Positions 1 to 8,739 of a stretch of DNA of 32,000 nt are shown here, piece after piece. Position numbers and translations under genes: made by a program. Position 1 is the first letter of the stretch. The number at the start of each line of letters is the position of its first letter. The notes beneath the pieces were generated by a model. The model saw only the letters and a list, made by a program, of their open reading frames with translations, had not been told where the DNA came from and did no database searches. Source of the stretch: Phototrophicaceae bacterium (lineage in GTDB: Bacteria; Chloroflexota; Anaerolineae; Aggregatilineales; Phototrophicaceae); NCBI GenBank assembly GCA_965232245.1, contig CBDDPG010000002.1, positions 1,946,386-1,978,385 of the forward strand. Direction: 5' to 3'.

Positions 1-141
1 GCCAATGCGATAAGCGGCGCCGGCGTCATTCTTTGCAGCAACGGCGACAGCGCGCCATCGCTTGAAGCCGCCGTCGACGCCATCTGTGGCGATTATGCGC
101 CGACAGGGCGGCTCACGGTGAATCTGGAGCTGAGCGAATGA
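1..141 (+). CDS. 3' end (46 codons) of an upstream gene; possibly a glycoside hydrolase family 3 (NagZ-like) C-terminus
   Basis: Frame 1 is open from base 1 to TGA 139-141 (...AICGDYAPTGRLTVNLELSE*). The stop overlaps the next start (ATGA at 138-141). The GH3 idea rests only on a weak C-terminal 'P.G.L.V'-type motif and the operon context. Confidence 0.3.
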   Translation, partial: ANAISGAGVILCSNGDSAPSLEAAVDAICGDYAPTGRLTVNLELSE

Positions 142-1361
142 CCGCGACAAGTGCGGAGCTGCTCGCGAATAAGCGCTTCAAGACCGCCCTAGAAGGGCTG
201 CTCGAGCGACATCTGCCTGGCAGCTTCCCCGCGCTCAGCCTGTGCGTCATTCATCGCGGCGACATTGTTCTGGATGATGCCTGGGGCTGGATTGATCCGC
301 AGAACCGCCAGTTGCCGGTCGGCACTGATACCTTGTTCGACTTGGCGTCGCTTACCAAGATCGTCGTCGAAACCAGCTTCTTGACGCTGGTTGAAGCCGG
401 CAAAATAGGCCTGCAAGATAGACTGGTCGCTGTCATTCCAGAATTCGGCCAAGTCAATCCGCGCGGGATAGCCGGCAGTCAAGACCCGCACAGCAGACGT
501 TTTCTTCCGATCGATGGCGAATATGACGAACTCAGCGTCGACGCAACAGAGGTCCGGTTCAAGCATCTCTTGACGCATAGCTCCGGTTTGCCGCCCTGGC
601 GTTCCGTGTATTTGCTGGCAAGAGATCAGGCTCCCGCGCCGCCAGCATTTAGAAGCGCATACGACGAATCCCACTGGCGAAGAGGCTTGGCGAGCATGCT
701 GAGCTTTCTCTTTGCCGGTCCCGTTGGCGAAACCGTCCGTTACAGCGATATCGGCATCATGCTGCTGGGCGAGGCGGTGGCGCGATTGCAGGGCGAGCGC
801 CTCGACAAGGCAATCGCGGAGCGCGTTCTAAAGCCGCTGAATCTGCGCTCCTTCACCTATAATCCAGTCCAAAATGGACTGCCCAAAGAAAACACCGCGC
901 CGACTGAATACGATGATACTTGGCGCCGCCGCCGCGCTTGGGGAGAAGTCCACGACGAAAACGCCTGCGGTCTGGGGGGCATTGCGGGACATGCCGGTTT
1001 CTTCGCAACAGCCCGTGATGTCGCCGCTTTTGGGCAGGCTTGGGTTTCGGGCGACCGTCGCTTGCGCCTGTCGGCGCAACTGCGGCGGTCCGCGACCAGC
1101 CAGCAGGCTTCCGGGCAGTTCCGCATGGGATTGGGCTGGATGCTCAAAGCCGCGACAGATTCGTCGGCCGGCGACCTGTATAGCGCTGCTTCTTATGGAC
1201 ACACCGGCTTTACCGGGACTTCGCTCTGGGTCGATCCGGATCGGCATTTGGTCACAACTGTCTTGACCAACCGAGTTTATCATGGTCGTCATCCGGAAAA
1301 GATTCATTCATTCCGCCGCTCAATTCACGATCTGATTGTTCGCGGGGTCGAGGATAGATGA
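138..1361 (+). CDS. Serine hydrolase of the beta-lactamase / penicillin-binding (class C-like, DD-peptidase) family
   Basis: 407-aa ORF with SxxK (ASLTK), a YxN-like motif (YSD) and HTG (GHTGFTG) in the canonical order. ATGA overlaps with both neighbouring genes. Confidence 0.85.
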   Translation: MTATSAELLANKRFKTALEGLLERHLPGSFPALSLCVIHRGDIVLDDAWGWIDPQNRQLPVGTDTLFDLASLTKIVVETSFLTLVEAGKIGLQDRLVAVIPEFGQVNPRGIAGSQDPHSRRFLPIDGEYDELSVDATEVRFKHLLTHSSGLPPWRSVYLLARDQAPAPPAFRSAYDESHWRRGLASMLSFLFAGPVGETVRYSDIGIMLLGEAVARLQGERLDKAIAERVLKPLNLRSFTYNPVQNGLPKENTAPTEYDDTWRRRRAWGEVHDENACGLGGIAGHAGFFATARDVAAFGQAWVSGDRRLRLSAQLRRSATSQQASGQFRMGLGWMLKAATDSSAGDLYSAASYGHTGFTGTSLWVDPDRHLVTTVLTNRVYHGRHPEKIHSFRRSIHDLIVRGVEDR

Positions 1362-2302
1362 AGCAGCAGCTCTTTATGGGCATTGACGGCGGCGGAACCA
1401 GCCTGCGCATCGCCATTACAGACGGCGCTATGCAAGTCATCAGCAGCCTTAAGACCAGCGCCTCCAACCCTAACCTGGTGGGCAAAGATCAGGCGCAAAA
1501 GCATATTCGAGCCGCGATACTAAGCTGCCTGCGTCGGGCGGAAGTTTCTCCACAAGCCATTCAATCAGCTGCCATCGGCATCGCCGGCGCATCAGCCGAA
1601 CACAGCCGCGACTGGCTGATCGCCACGCTAGAACCGATCTTGCCAGACAGCCTGCTCGTCGCCGCGTCCGACCTCGAAATCGCGCTGGTGGGCGCGCTGG
1701 CAAAGCGCCATGGACTTTTACTGCTGGCTGGTACGGGAAGCGCGGCATTCGGCATCTCGCCGGCCGGTCGGCGGCTCCAGATCGGCGGTTGGGGATATCT
1801 TCTGGGCGATCCGGGCAGCAGTTACTGGATCGGCCGGCAAGCGCTGCAGCAACTGATTGATTGTTACGATAGAGTTGGCGGGGGCGTCGACGCCAAGCGC
1901 GATGACCCGCTATTTGATTGCATATTGCAGGGGCTTGGCATTTCAAATCACCGGCGGATAGTTGACTGGCTCTATCGAAGTCAATCCCCGCCCGCGACGC
2001 GCATAGCCGACATCGCAAGGATCGTTCTGGCACTCGCCGAGGACGGCAATTGGCCTGCGCTTAACATCTTGCAAGCGGCGGCGATTCAGCTTGTTCGACA
2101 GACAAAATTGCTGATGCAGCGTCTCGACTACCCTGGCGCTGAAATCGCCTTTGCCGGCGGTTTGCTCGAAAAGGACAACCTGCTTTCAGTGGACGTGGCG
2201 CGACGCCTGGGGCTGGAGCAGCGCCCTATTGCCAGGCATCCGCCGGTCATCGGCGCGGCTCTTTTGGCGAAAATGGAATGGGAACGGGTAAAGGCGGCAT
2301 GA
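1358..2302 (+). CDS. BadF/BadG/BcrA/BcrD-type ATPase, N-acetylglucosamine / N-acetylmuramic acid kinase-like
   Basis: 314 aa with GIDGGGTS phosphate-1 motif, LLAGTGSAAFG and GGWGYLLGDPGS, typical of ASKHA GlcNAc/MurNAc kinases. Sits directly upstream of murQ. Confidence 0.8.
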   Translation: MKQQLFMGIDGGGTSLRIAITDGAMQVISSLKTSASNPNLVGKDQAQKHIRAAILSCLRRAEVSPQAIQSAAIGIAGASAEHSRDWLIATLEPILPDSLLVAASDLEIALVGALAKRHGLLLLAGTGSAAFGISPAGRRLQIGGWGYLLGDPGSSYWIGRQALQQLIDCYDRVGGGVDAKRDDPLFDCILQGLGISNHRRIVDWLYRSQSPPATRIADIARIVLALAEDGNWPALNILQAAAIQLVRQTKLLMQRLDYPGAEIAFAGGLLEKDNLLSVDVARRLGLEQRPIARHPPVIGAALLAKMEWERVKAA

Positions 2303-3192
2303 TACTTTCTACCGAGAATCAGAACCCCGCCACCGCGGGCATCGACAAAATGTCCACGCTTGACATGCTGGCGGCGATCAATGACGAAGACGCCCGCGTG
2401 GCGCAAGCGGTGAGACAAGCGCTGCCGCAGATCGCGCGCGCGGTGGATACGGTCGCGCAGTCTTTACGCGATGGCGGCCGGCTCTTCTATGTCGGCGCAG
2501 GGACCAGCGGAAGGCTCGCTATACTTGATGCGGTAGAATGTGTACCGACCTTTGGCGTTCCTCCCGAGCAGGTGCAGGGTCTGCTCGCGGGCGGTCAAGC
2601 GGCTGTCTTCCGCGCGGTTGAAGGCGCGGAAGACAGTGCGGAAATGGGCGGGCAGGACCTGCGGCAACGCGGGCTTGGCCGCGGCGATGTCGTCTGCGGG
2701 ATCGCGGCCAGCGGCGCCACGCCTTACGTCATCGGGGCTTTGACTTACGCGCGGTCGATACACGCGCGGACCATCGCTATCTGCTGCAACCTGGCGGCGC
2801 CCATGCTGGAACTCGCGGATATCGGCATAGCAGTGGAGGTCGGTCCAGAAGTCATCGCCGGTTCGACGCGCATGAAAGCCGGCACTGCCCAGAAGTTGAT
2901 TCTCAACATGATTAGCACAGCTACCATGATCCGCTTGGGAAAAGTCTACCGCAATCTGATGGTCGATTTGCGCGTCACTAACCAGAAGCTGGCGGGCAGA
3001 GCGCTGCGCTTGGTGATGCAATTGACCGATTCCGATGAGAAGCAAGCGGCGGCTTTGCTGTCCGCGACCGATAACGACGTCAAAACCGCTGTGGTGATGG
3101 CAAAGCTGGGAATCAGCCCCGCGGCGGCGCGCGAGCGGCTGCAGCGGGCCGATGGCTATCTCTACCGGGTGATAGACGATGTGGAATTTTAG
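2299..3192 (+). CDS. murQ: N-acetylmuramic acid 6-phosphate etherase
   Basis: SIS-domain protein with GAGTSGRL and STRMKAGTAQK, colinear with E. coli MurQ as I recall it. I prefer ATG 2299 (ATGA overlap with the kinase stop) over the in-frame ATG at 2278. Confidence 0.9.
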   Translation: MILSTENQNPATAGIDKMSTLDMLAAINDEDARVAQAVRQALPQIARAVDTVAQSLRDGGRLFYVGAGTSGRLAILDAVECVPTFGVPPEQVQGLLAGGQAAVFRAVEGAEDSAEMGGQDLRQRGLGRGDVVCGIAASGATPYVIGALTYARSIHARTIAICCNLAAPMLELADIGIAVEVGPEVIAGSTRMKAGTAQKLILNMISTATMIRLGKVYRNLMVDLRVTNQKLAGRALRLVMQLTDSDEKQAAALLSATDNDVKTAVVMAKLGISPAAARERLQRADGYLYRVIDDVEF

Positions 3193-4365
3193 ATGACAAC
3201 AGAGACGCCAATCATCATCAAAAACGCGCGCGTCGTCGCCGAGGCGGGCTGCTACGACCGAGCCTGGCTGCGAGCCGAGAACGGTGTAATCGCCACCATC
3301 GCGCCCGGTGATGCCCCCGAATTGCCCGGGTCCCACATAATAGACGCCAATGGCGCAACCCTCTTGCCCGGCTTCATCGATGTCCATACCCATGGCGGCG
3401 GCGGCTTCAATGTGATGGACGGCGAGGTGGAATCGCTGGCGGGCATGGCGACTTACTTTGCCCGCGGCGGCGTTACTTCTTTCCTGGCGACGACCTGGAC
3501 GGACAGCGACAAACAGATTCGAGAAGCTCTGCAAGCGGTGTCGGCTGCGCAGGATATGCCCGCGGCTGGCGCCAGACTGCTTGGCGCCCATCTGGAAGGT
3601 CCCTACCTGAACGCGGAGAAATGCGGCGCGCAGCACAGCGCCTATATTCGTCGAGCCGATCCAAGGGAGGCACTGCCCTGGCTGGATCTAAACGTCATTC
3701 GGCTCTTGTCCCTGGCGCCGGAATACCCCGAAAACCACTGGTTAATCAAAGAGGCGGTCAAACGCGGCGTGACGGTCTCGGTCGCCCATTCCAACGGCAG
3801 CTATGATCAAATCAGGTCGGCGCGGAATCTCGGTCTAAGTCACGCGACGCATGCCTTCAACGCCATGTCGCCGCTGCATCATCGCGAGCCCGGTGTTGTG
3901 GGCGCGGTACTCAGCCTGGATGACATCAACTGCGAGTTGATCTGCGACCTCGAGCACGCGCATCCTGCCGCCGTTGAAATCCTCTGGCGCTGCAAGGGAC
4001 CCGACCGACTCATCCTGATTACCGACTCGGTCAAGATTGCGGGCTTGCCAGATGGCTTTTATCAATTCTCGCATCAAGAAGTTGAAAAGAAGGGCGGCAG
4101 CGTGCGCATTCGCGCCGATGGCAGTTTGGCTGGCGCCACGCTGACTATGAATGCCGCTTTGCGAAATCTAATGTCGGTCACGAAACTGCCAGTAGAATCC
4201 CTTTGGCGAACAGCCAGCCTAAATGCGGCGCGCGCGATAGGCATCAATGACCGCAAGGGTTCCATCGCCCTGGGGAAGGACGCCGATCTGGTATTGGTCG
4301 ACGCTGAATTGAATGTGAACATGACCATCGTTGAGGGCAGGAGCGTGTATTCGCGGATGGAGTAA
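3193..4365 (+). CDS. nagA: N-acetylglucosamine-6-phosphate deacetylase
   Basis: 390 aa amidohydrolase with FIDVHTHGGGG and HAFNAM motifs. Start codon directly abuts the murQ stop (TAGATG). Confidence 0.9.
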   Translation: MTTETPIIIKNARVVAEAGCYDRAWLRAENGVIATIAPGDAPELPGSHIIDANGATLLPGFIDVHTHGGGGFNVMDGEVESLAGMATYFARGGVTSFLATTWTDSDKQIREALQAVSAAQDMPAAGARLLGAHLEGPYLNAEKCGAQHSAYIRRADPREALPWLDLNVIRLLSLAPEYPENHWLIKEAVKRGVTVSVAHSNGSYDQIRSARNLGLSHATHAFNAMSPLHHREPGVVGAVLSLDDINCELICDLEHAHPAAVEILWRCKGPDRLILITDSVKIAGLPDGFYQFSHQEVEKKGGSVRIRADGSLAGATLTMNAALRNLMSVTKLPVESLWRTASLNAARAIGINDRKGSIALGKDADLVLVDAELNVNMTIVEGRSVYSRME

Positions 4366-4372
4366 TCCCGAA

Positions 4373-5161
4373 TTACTTGCCTTCCCAATCAATGGGATAT
4401 GTCTTGTCGATCATAGCTTGCACAGCCTTGCGGAAGTCATGGCTGCGAAATAACTGCGCCTGCGCCCAAGCCTCGATTTGCAATCCGCGCGCCGGATCGC
4501 TGATGTCATTGATAACCCGCTTGGCGTAACTCACCGCCAAAGGCGCGGAGGCGCACAAGTTCTCGACCCATTTGCCCAAGCCCGCGTCCAGATCTTCCTT
4601 GCTGTACACCGCGTCCAGCAGACCCCAATCCAGCGCCTGCCGGGCGTCAATCGTTCTGCCAGTCATGACCAGATCTTTCGCGCGCGCAGGACCGACGAGA
4701 GACAGCAAACGAACGTTGCCGCCGACATCCGGTATGATACCCAGGCGCGCTTCCGGCAAGCCCAGTTTGGCGCGCGCCATCGCGATTCGAAAGTCGCAAG
4801 CCAGCGCCAGCTCCAGCGCCAAACCCAAGCAGTAGCCATGCAAGACACAAATCACCGGCAGAGAACTGCGCTCGATCTTGTTGAGTATGGCTTGGTATCT
4901 TGCCGTGAAGGGGAAGAGATTCCCGCGCGTGCCGTCGTCGAGCGTTTGAAACTGCGCCAGATCTATACCTGATGAAAAGACCCGCCCTTCGGCACGAACA
5001 ATGACCACGCGGGCGCCGGCGTTGAACTCGGTCTCGGCGTGATCAAAAGCCTCCGAAATGGCATCCATCATCGCGTCGTTGATCGCGTTGCGCTTGTCGG
5101 GGCGATTTAGCGCCACTTCAAATACAGCGCCTTTTCTTTGGGTTGTGATCAGGTCCGCCAC
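4373..5161 (-). CDS. Enoyl-CoA hydratase/isomerase (crotonase) family protein
   Basis: 262 aa with crotonase-fold signature regions (RNAIN..., FSSGIDL, GYCLGLALELALACDFRIA, GLPEARLGIIPDVGG). Confidence 0.85.
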   Translation of the reverse strand: MADLITTQRKGAVFEVALNRPDKRNAINDAMMDAISEAFDHAETEFNAGARVVIVRAEGRVFSSGIDLAQFQTLDDGTRGNLFPFTARYQAILNKIERSSLPVICVLHGYCLGLALELALACDFRIAMARAKLGLPEARLGIIPDVGGNVRLLSLVGPARAKDLVMTGRTIDARQALDWGLLDAVYSKEDLDAGLGKWVENLCASAPLAVSYAKRVINDISDPARGLQIEAWAQAQLFRSHDFRKAVQAMIDKTYPIDWEGK

Positions 5162-5191
5162 CTCGAGCCTCTCCCGCCTTCCGCTCCCTGT

Positions 5192-6145
5192 CTAAGCAAT
5201 GGATTCGAGGAACTTGTCCATTGCTGCAACGGTATTGAGGCTGAAGCGATTTTTCTTGCGGTCGATACGGCGCATCAAGCCGCTGAGCACCGTGCCCGCG
5301 CCGACTTCAATAAAGGTTTCGGCGCCACGCGCGATAATCGCTTGCATCGAATCGGTCCAACGTACCGCCTGTGTCAACTGTTGATTCAATTCCGCTCTGA
5401 TGTCCTCTACCGAGATTAAAACATCCGCGCTAACATTCCCCAGAAGCCGCGCCTTTGGCAAGTCCAAGTCTGTGGCTTCAACCGCTCTATTAAAGTCTGC
5501 TGAAGCTGACGCCATCAAAGGCGAGTGAGCCGCGACGCTCACAGCCAGTTTGACCGCGCGCTTGGCGCCGGCTTCCCTTGCCAGCGCGACAGCACGATCA
5601 ACAGCGGCCTCCGCGCCGGAAATAACAGCCTGGCCCGGACAATTGTCGTTTGCCAGGACGACGGTATTTTTGGTCTCATGGGAAACTGTCGCGCACAAGG
5701 ATTCGACCCTCTCGACATCCAGACCGAGCAAGGCGGCCATAGCGCCCGGGTTTTCGTCCCCCGCCTTCCGCATCAACTCTCCGCGCGTCCGCACCAGAGT
5801 CAAGCCGTCTTCAAACGACAGCGCGCCGGCTGCCGTCAGAGCCGAAAATTCGCCCAAGCTATGCCCGGCCATCCAGCTCGGCGCGCATTCGGGGACGAGT
5901 TCTTTTAAGACGCGCCAAATCGCCACGCTGCAGACGTAGAGCGCTGGCTGCGTATGAACGGTCTGATGCAGTTGTTCTTCCGGTCCTGCCCAGCATAGGC
6001 TGGACAAGGAGAATCCCAGTATTTCATCAGCCTGCGCAAATGTTTGACGCGCGATCTGGTGCTTTTCGGCGAAGTCCTTGCCCATCCCGATGAGCTGCGA
6101 GCCTTGGCCGGGGAATATCGCCGCCGTCCTGCGCCAATCGATCAT
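5192..6145 (-). CDS. fabD: Malonyl-CoA:ACP transacylase
   Basis: 317 aa with FPGQGSQ and the GHSLGE active-site serine motif. Lies downstream of rpmF, as in many fatty-acid synthesis clusters. Confidence 0.9.
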   Translation of the reverse strand: MIDWRRTAAIFPGQGSQLIGMGKDFAEKHQIARQTFAQADEILGFSLSSLCWAGPEEQLHQTVHTQPALYVCSVAIWRVLKELVPECAPSWMAGHSLGEFSALTAAGALSFEDGLTLVRTRGELMRKAGDENPGAMAALLGLDVERVESLCATVSHETKNTVVLANDNCPGQAVISGAEAAVDRAVALAREAGAKRAVKLAVSVAAHSPLMASASADFNRAVEATDLDLPKARLLGNVSADVLISVEDIRAELNQQLTQAVRWTDSMQAIIARGAETFIEVGAGTVLSGLMRRIDRKKNRFSLNTVAAMDKFLESIA

Positions 6146-6288
6146 CTGGGCAGCGCCTCAATCATCTGCAACTGTGAAAATATCCGCGCGAAACAGAAGC
6201 GCCGCAAGCTGTCCGCGCTCGGCGCGCGTAAAAAAACCGCGCGAAATGGGCACGGTCTCTTGGTCCAGATGAATCCGCCAAGGCGCGG

Positions 6289-6474
6289 CTAGTCATTCTT
6301 GACTTCCACGACCTGCTCGCCGTCATAGGCGCCGCACTTTGGGCAGACGCGATGCGAAATACGGTACTCTCCGCAGCCTTCGCACTCAACCAGATGGTTT
6401 AAGGTCAAGGCATGGTGGGCGCGCCGACGATCGCGGCGTGATTTGGACACCTTTCTTTTGGGTAAGGGACCCAT
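6289..6474 (-). CDS. rpmF: 50S ribosomal protein L32
   Basis: 61 aa starting MGPLPKRKVSKSRRDRRRAH, with CxxC...CxxC zinc-ribbon cysteines. AGGAG lies 7 nt upstream of the ATG. Confidence 0.9.
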   Translation of the reverse strand: MGPLPKRKVSKSRRDRRRAHHALTLNHLVECEGCGEYRISHRVCPKCGAYDGEQVVEVKND

Positions 6475-6513
6475 TCCAGCGCTCCTGCAATCTGTTCAGG
6501 ACAAACAGGGCAT

Positions 6514-6541
6514 TTTATAGGCGTCACGGCGCCATTGTCAA
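6514..6541 (-). promoter_or_regulatory. Candidate sigma-70 promoter for rpmF
   Basis: The minus strand reads TTGACA (6541-6536), a 16-nt spacer, then TATAAA (6519-6514), about 35 nt upstream of the rpmF start. Confidence 0.45.
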
Positions 6542-6557
6542 GTGACAGCTGTCTTGA

Positions 6558-6812
6558 GCCCAGAGCAATCGCATCAGATTATTTTAACCACCGAGGACAC
6601 CGAGAACACCGAGATTTAACTCTTTTTCTGGCAGAAAAGGAGGCAATGTAGGGACGATTCTGTGAATCGCCCACGATATTCTCGCTGTTTTCATGGGTGA
6701 CAGACGGTGCCGCCCCTACAATTCGTTAGTTTATGTGATATTTGATGCAATTGCCCTAGGCGCCCTCGTTGTTCTCGGTGGTGGAAAAATTTTTGATGCG
6801 ACTGCTCTGGCG
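6558..6812. repeat. Nested imperfect inverted repeat / MITE-like long-hairpin element
   Basis: 6560-6578 pairs with 6792-6810 (17 Watson-Crick, 1 G-T, 1 mismatch of 19). 6587-6613 (three 9-nt units ending CACCGAG) is mirrored by 6765-6784. tgtagggacg (6647-6656) matches cgcccctaca (6711-6720) at 9/10. Confidence 0.6.
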
Positions 6813-6897
6813 ATATGCTAAACTCAAGCTCAGTATCAAATGCTGGCGCCTAGCCGCGTCAAGAGATTCCAGACCTAGCCAGCCGGGAGCTTAGTCC

Positions 6898-7971
6898 ATG
6901 GGGACTCAACAGGTGATGGATTTGCAGGCGCCGCGGCCCGACGAAGGCTTTGACCAAGCCAGCCTTGCCCGCTATCTAGCCGGCGAGCTGGAAGGGGCGG
7001 AGCAGCCGCTGACTGTGCGGCAGTACACGGGCGGCATGGCCAACCTGACCTATCTGCTAAGTTTCGGCGACAGTCATGAGTACGTTCTGCGGCGGCCGCC
7101 GATAGGTCATTACGCGCCGACAGCGCATGATATGTCGCGCGAATACAGAGCGCTTTCGGCTTTGAACCCCGTATTTCGCTTTGCGCCGCGCATCTTTCTG
7201 TATGTTGAAGACGCCAGCGTGATAGGCGCGCCATTTCTTATCATGGAGCGACGCAAGGGGGTCGTCATCCGCCGCGCCATGCCAGCGAGCTTCGCCGCCA
7301 TGCCAGATGCGGCGCGCCAGATTAGCGAGACGCTGGTGGATGTATTGGTCGCGTTCCATGCTGTTGATTACGAATCGATCGGACTAGCGGAACTTGGCAA
7401 GCCCGCGGGTTTTATCAGCCGGCAAGTGGCAGGCTGGTATCGACGCTGGAAGGCGGCAAAACTTGAAGACAGCGCCGTTGTCGAGCAGCTCTATGCCTGG
7501 CTGGTCGACAACATGCCGGAATCGCCTGCCCCGACCTTGGTACACAACGACTACAAGCTGGACAACACGATCTTCGCCCCGGATGATCCATCCCGGATGA
7601 CCGCGCTTTTGGATTGGGATATGTGCACCCTGGGCGATCCCTTGCTAGATTTGGCGACCTTATTGACCTACTGGACTGAACCCGGCGATCCGCAGCATCT
7701 TTTGCGATTGACGCCGATGCCGACCGGTGTCCACGGCTTTTTGACACGGAAGCAGATCATCGCCCGTTATGCCGAAGGCAGCGGCCGCGACGTGGGTGAT
7801 ATCCGCTTTTATCAGGCTCTAGCGCTTTTCAGATGGATGGTCTACATGCAGCAGATGCACTTTCGCTATGTCCAGGGCATGACCAAGGACCGTCGCTTCA
7901 AGCGCTTGGATGAGACGGCCGCGCTCTTGGCGGTAAGCGCGTTGCAGGCTGCGCGCGGCGCGTTCGCCTAG
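6898..7971 (+). CDS. Phosphotransferase (APH / choline-kinase-like) family protein
   Basis: 357 aa with the Brenner motif LVHNDYKLDN and a DWD metal-binding motif (LLDWDMCTLGDPLLDL). GGGAG lies upstream of the ATG. Confidence 0.8.
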   Translation: MGTQQVMDLQAPRPDEGFDQASLARYLAGELEGAEQPLTVRQYTGGMANLTYLLSFGDSHEYVLRRPPIGHYAPTAHDMSREYRALSALNPVFRFAPRIFLYVEDASVIGAPFLIMERRKGVVIRRAMPASFAAMPDAARQISETLVDVLVAFHAVDYESIGLAELGKPAGFISRQVAGWYRRWKAAKLEDSAVVEQLYAWLVDNMPESPAPTLVHNDYKLDNTIFAPDDPSRMTALLDWDMCTLGDPLLDLATLLTYWTEPGDPQHLLRLTPMPTGVHGFLTRKQIIARYAEGSGRDVGDIRFYQALALFRWMVYMQQMHFRYVQGMTKDRRFKRLDETAALLAVSALQAARGAFA

Positions 7972-7980
7972 AATAAAACG

Positions 7981-8721
7981 TCAGATGAAGTCGAGATAAT
8001 CAGTGGTGGCTTTTTCGAGCTCGGCGTAATGCCCGCGCAAATGGGCATATTCGTCGGGAATGGTTGCGGCGAGTTGATACATGGCTTCGCGAATCATCTG
8101 CGAAAGCGCCTGGCGCGGTATGCGTTTGCCCCCCTCGCTTCGAAAGCGAAATCCTTTTCCAAATACGACCTTTGCATAAGCGCGGCGCAGGCGCTTCATG
8201 CGCGACTTCCAGTTTTCGGCGCCGCATATAGCTGTGGGAACGATGACAGCGTCGGATTTTGTCGCGACGTAAGCCAGGCCGTCCTTGCCCGGCTGCAAGC
8301 CCCCGGCGTGACGAGTGCCTTCCGGCGCCATCAAGACCAGTTGCCCGCTTTGCAGCAGGGCGATCGTTTGCATGAGCGCCTTGCGGTCATATCCGCCGCG
8401 ATGGATCGGGAAATGTCCCCATTGCCGCAGGAACCAGCCCAGAACAGGAATGCGGAAATTTTCGATTTTTGAGAGCGAGATTGTATAGCGGAAAGGGATG
8501 CTGGCTGTCACGACGATAGGATCCAGGTAGGATATGTGGTTAATCATGAGCGACGCGCTGCCCTGGCGGGGCACATTTTCCAGCCCTTCGACCTCGATCT
8601 TGCACAAGGCGGGCACAGCCGCTCGCAGCATGGGCAGGAGAAATCGCCGGCGCTGGTCATATTCCGGCTGGCGGGCTATGTATTCTTCAATGCTCAGTTC
8701 ATGGCTCAGTTTGCTGGGCAT
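7981..8721 (-). CDS. 1-acyl-sn-glycerol-3-phosphate acyltransferase-like (lysophospholipid acyltransferase family)
   Basis: 246 aa with the HxxxxD motif (NHISYLD) and the PEGTR motif (APEGTRH). Confidence 0.8.
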   Translation of the reverse strand: MPSKLSHELSIEEYIARQPEYDQRRRFLLPMLRAAVPALCKIEVEGLENVPRQGSASLMINHISYLDPIVVTASIPFRYTISLSKIENFRIPVLGWFLRQWGHFPIHRGGYDRKALMQTIALLQSGQLVLMAPEGTRHAGGLQPGKDGLAYVATKSDAVIVPTAICGAENWKSRMKRLRRAYAKVVFGKGFRFRSEGGKRIPRQALSQMIREAMYQLAATIPDEYAHLRGHYAELEKATTDYLDFI

Positions 8722-8739
8722 GCGCGTTTTAGTGAAAAC

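Noticed and set aside
2464-3636. 390-aa ORF antisense to murQ/nagA
   Set aside because: It is Arg/Ala/Gly-rich with low complexity and no recognisable motifs. It fully overlaps two genes with strong family signatures on the other strand, which is typical of a GC-rich shadow ORF.
6223-6243. cgcgcg-T7-cgcgcg hairpin as the rpmF terminator
   Set aside because: The T-run lies in the loop, not 3' of the stem, so it is not a canonical intrinsic terminator.
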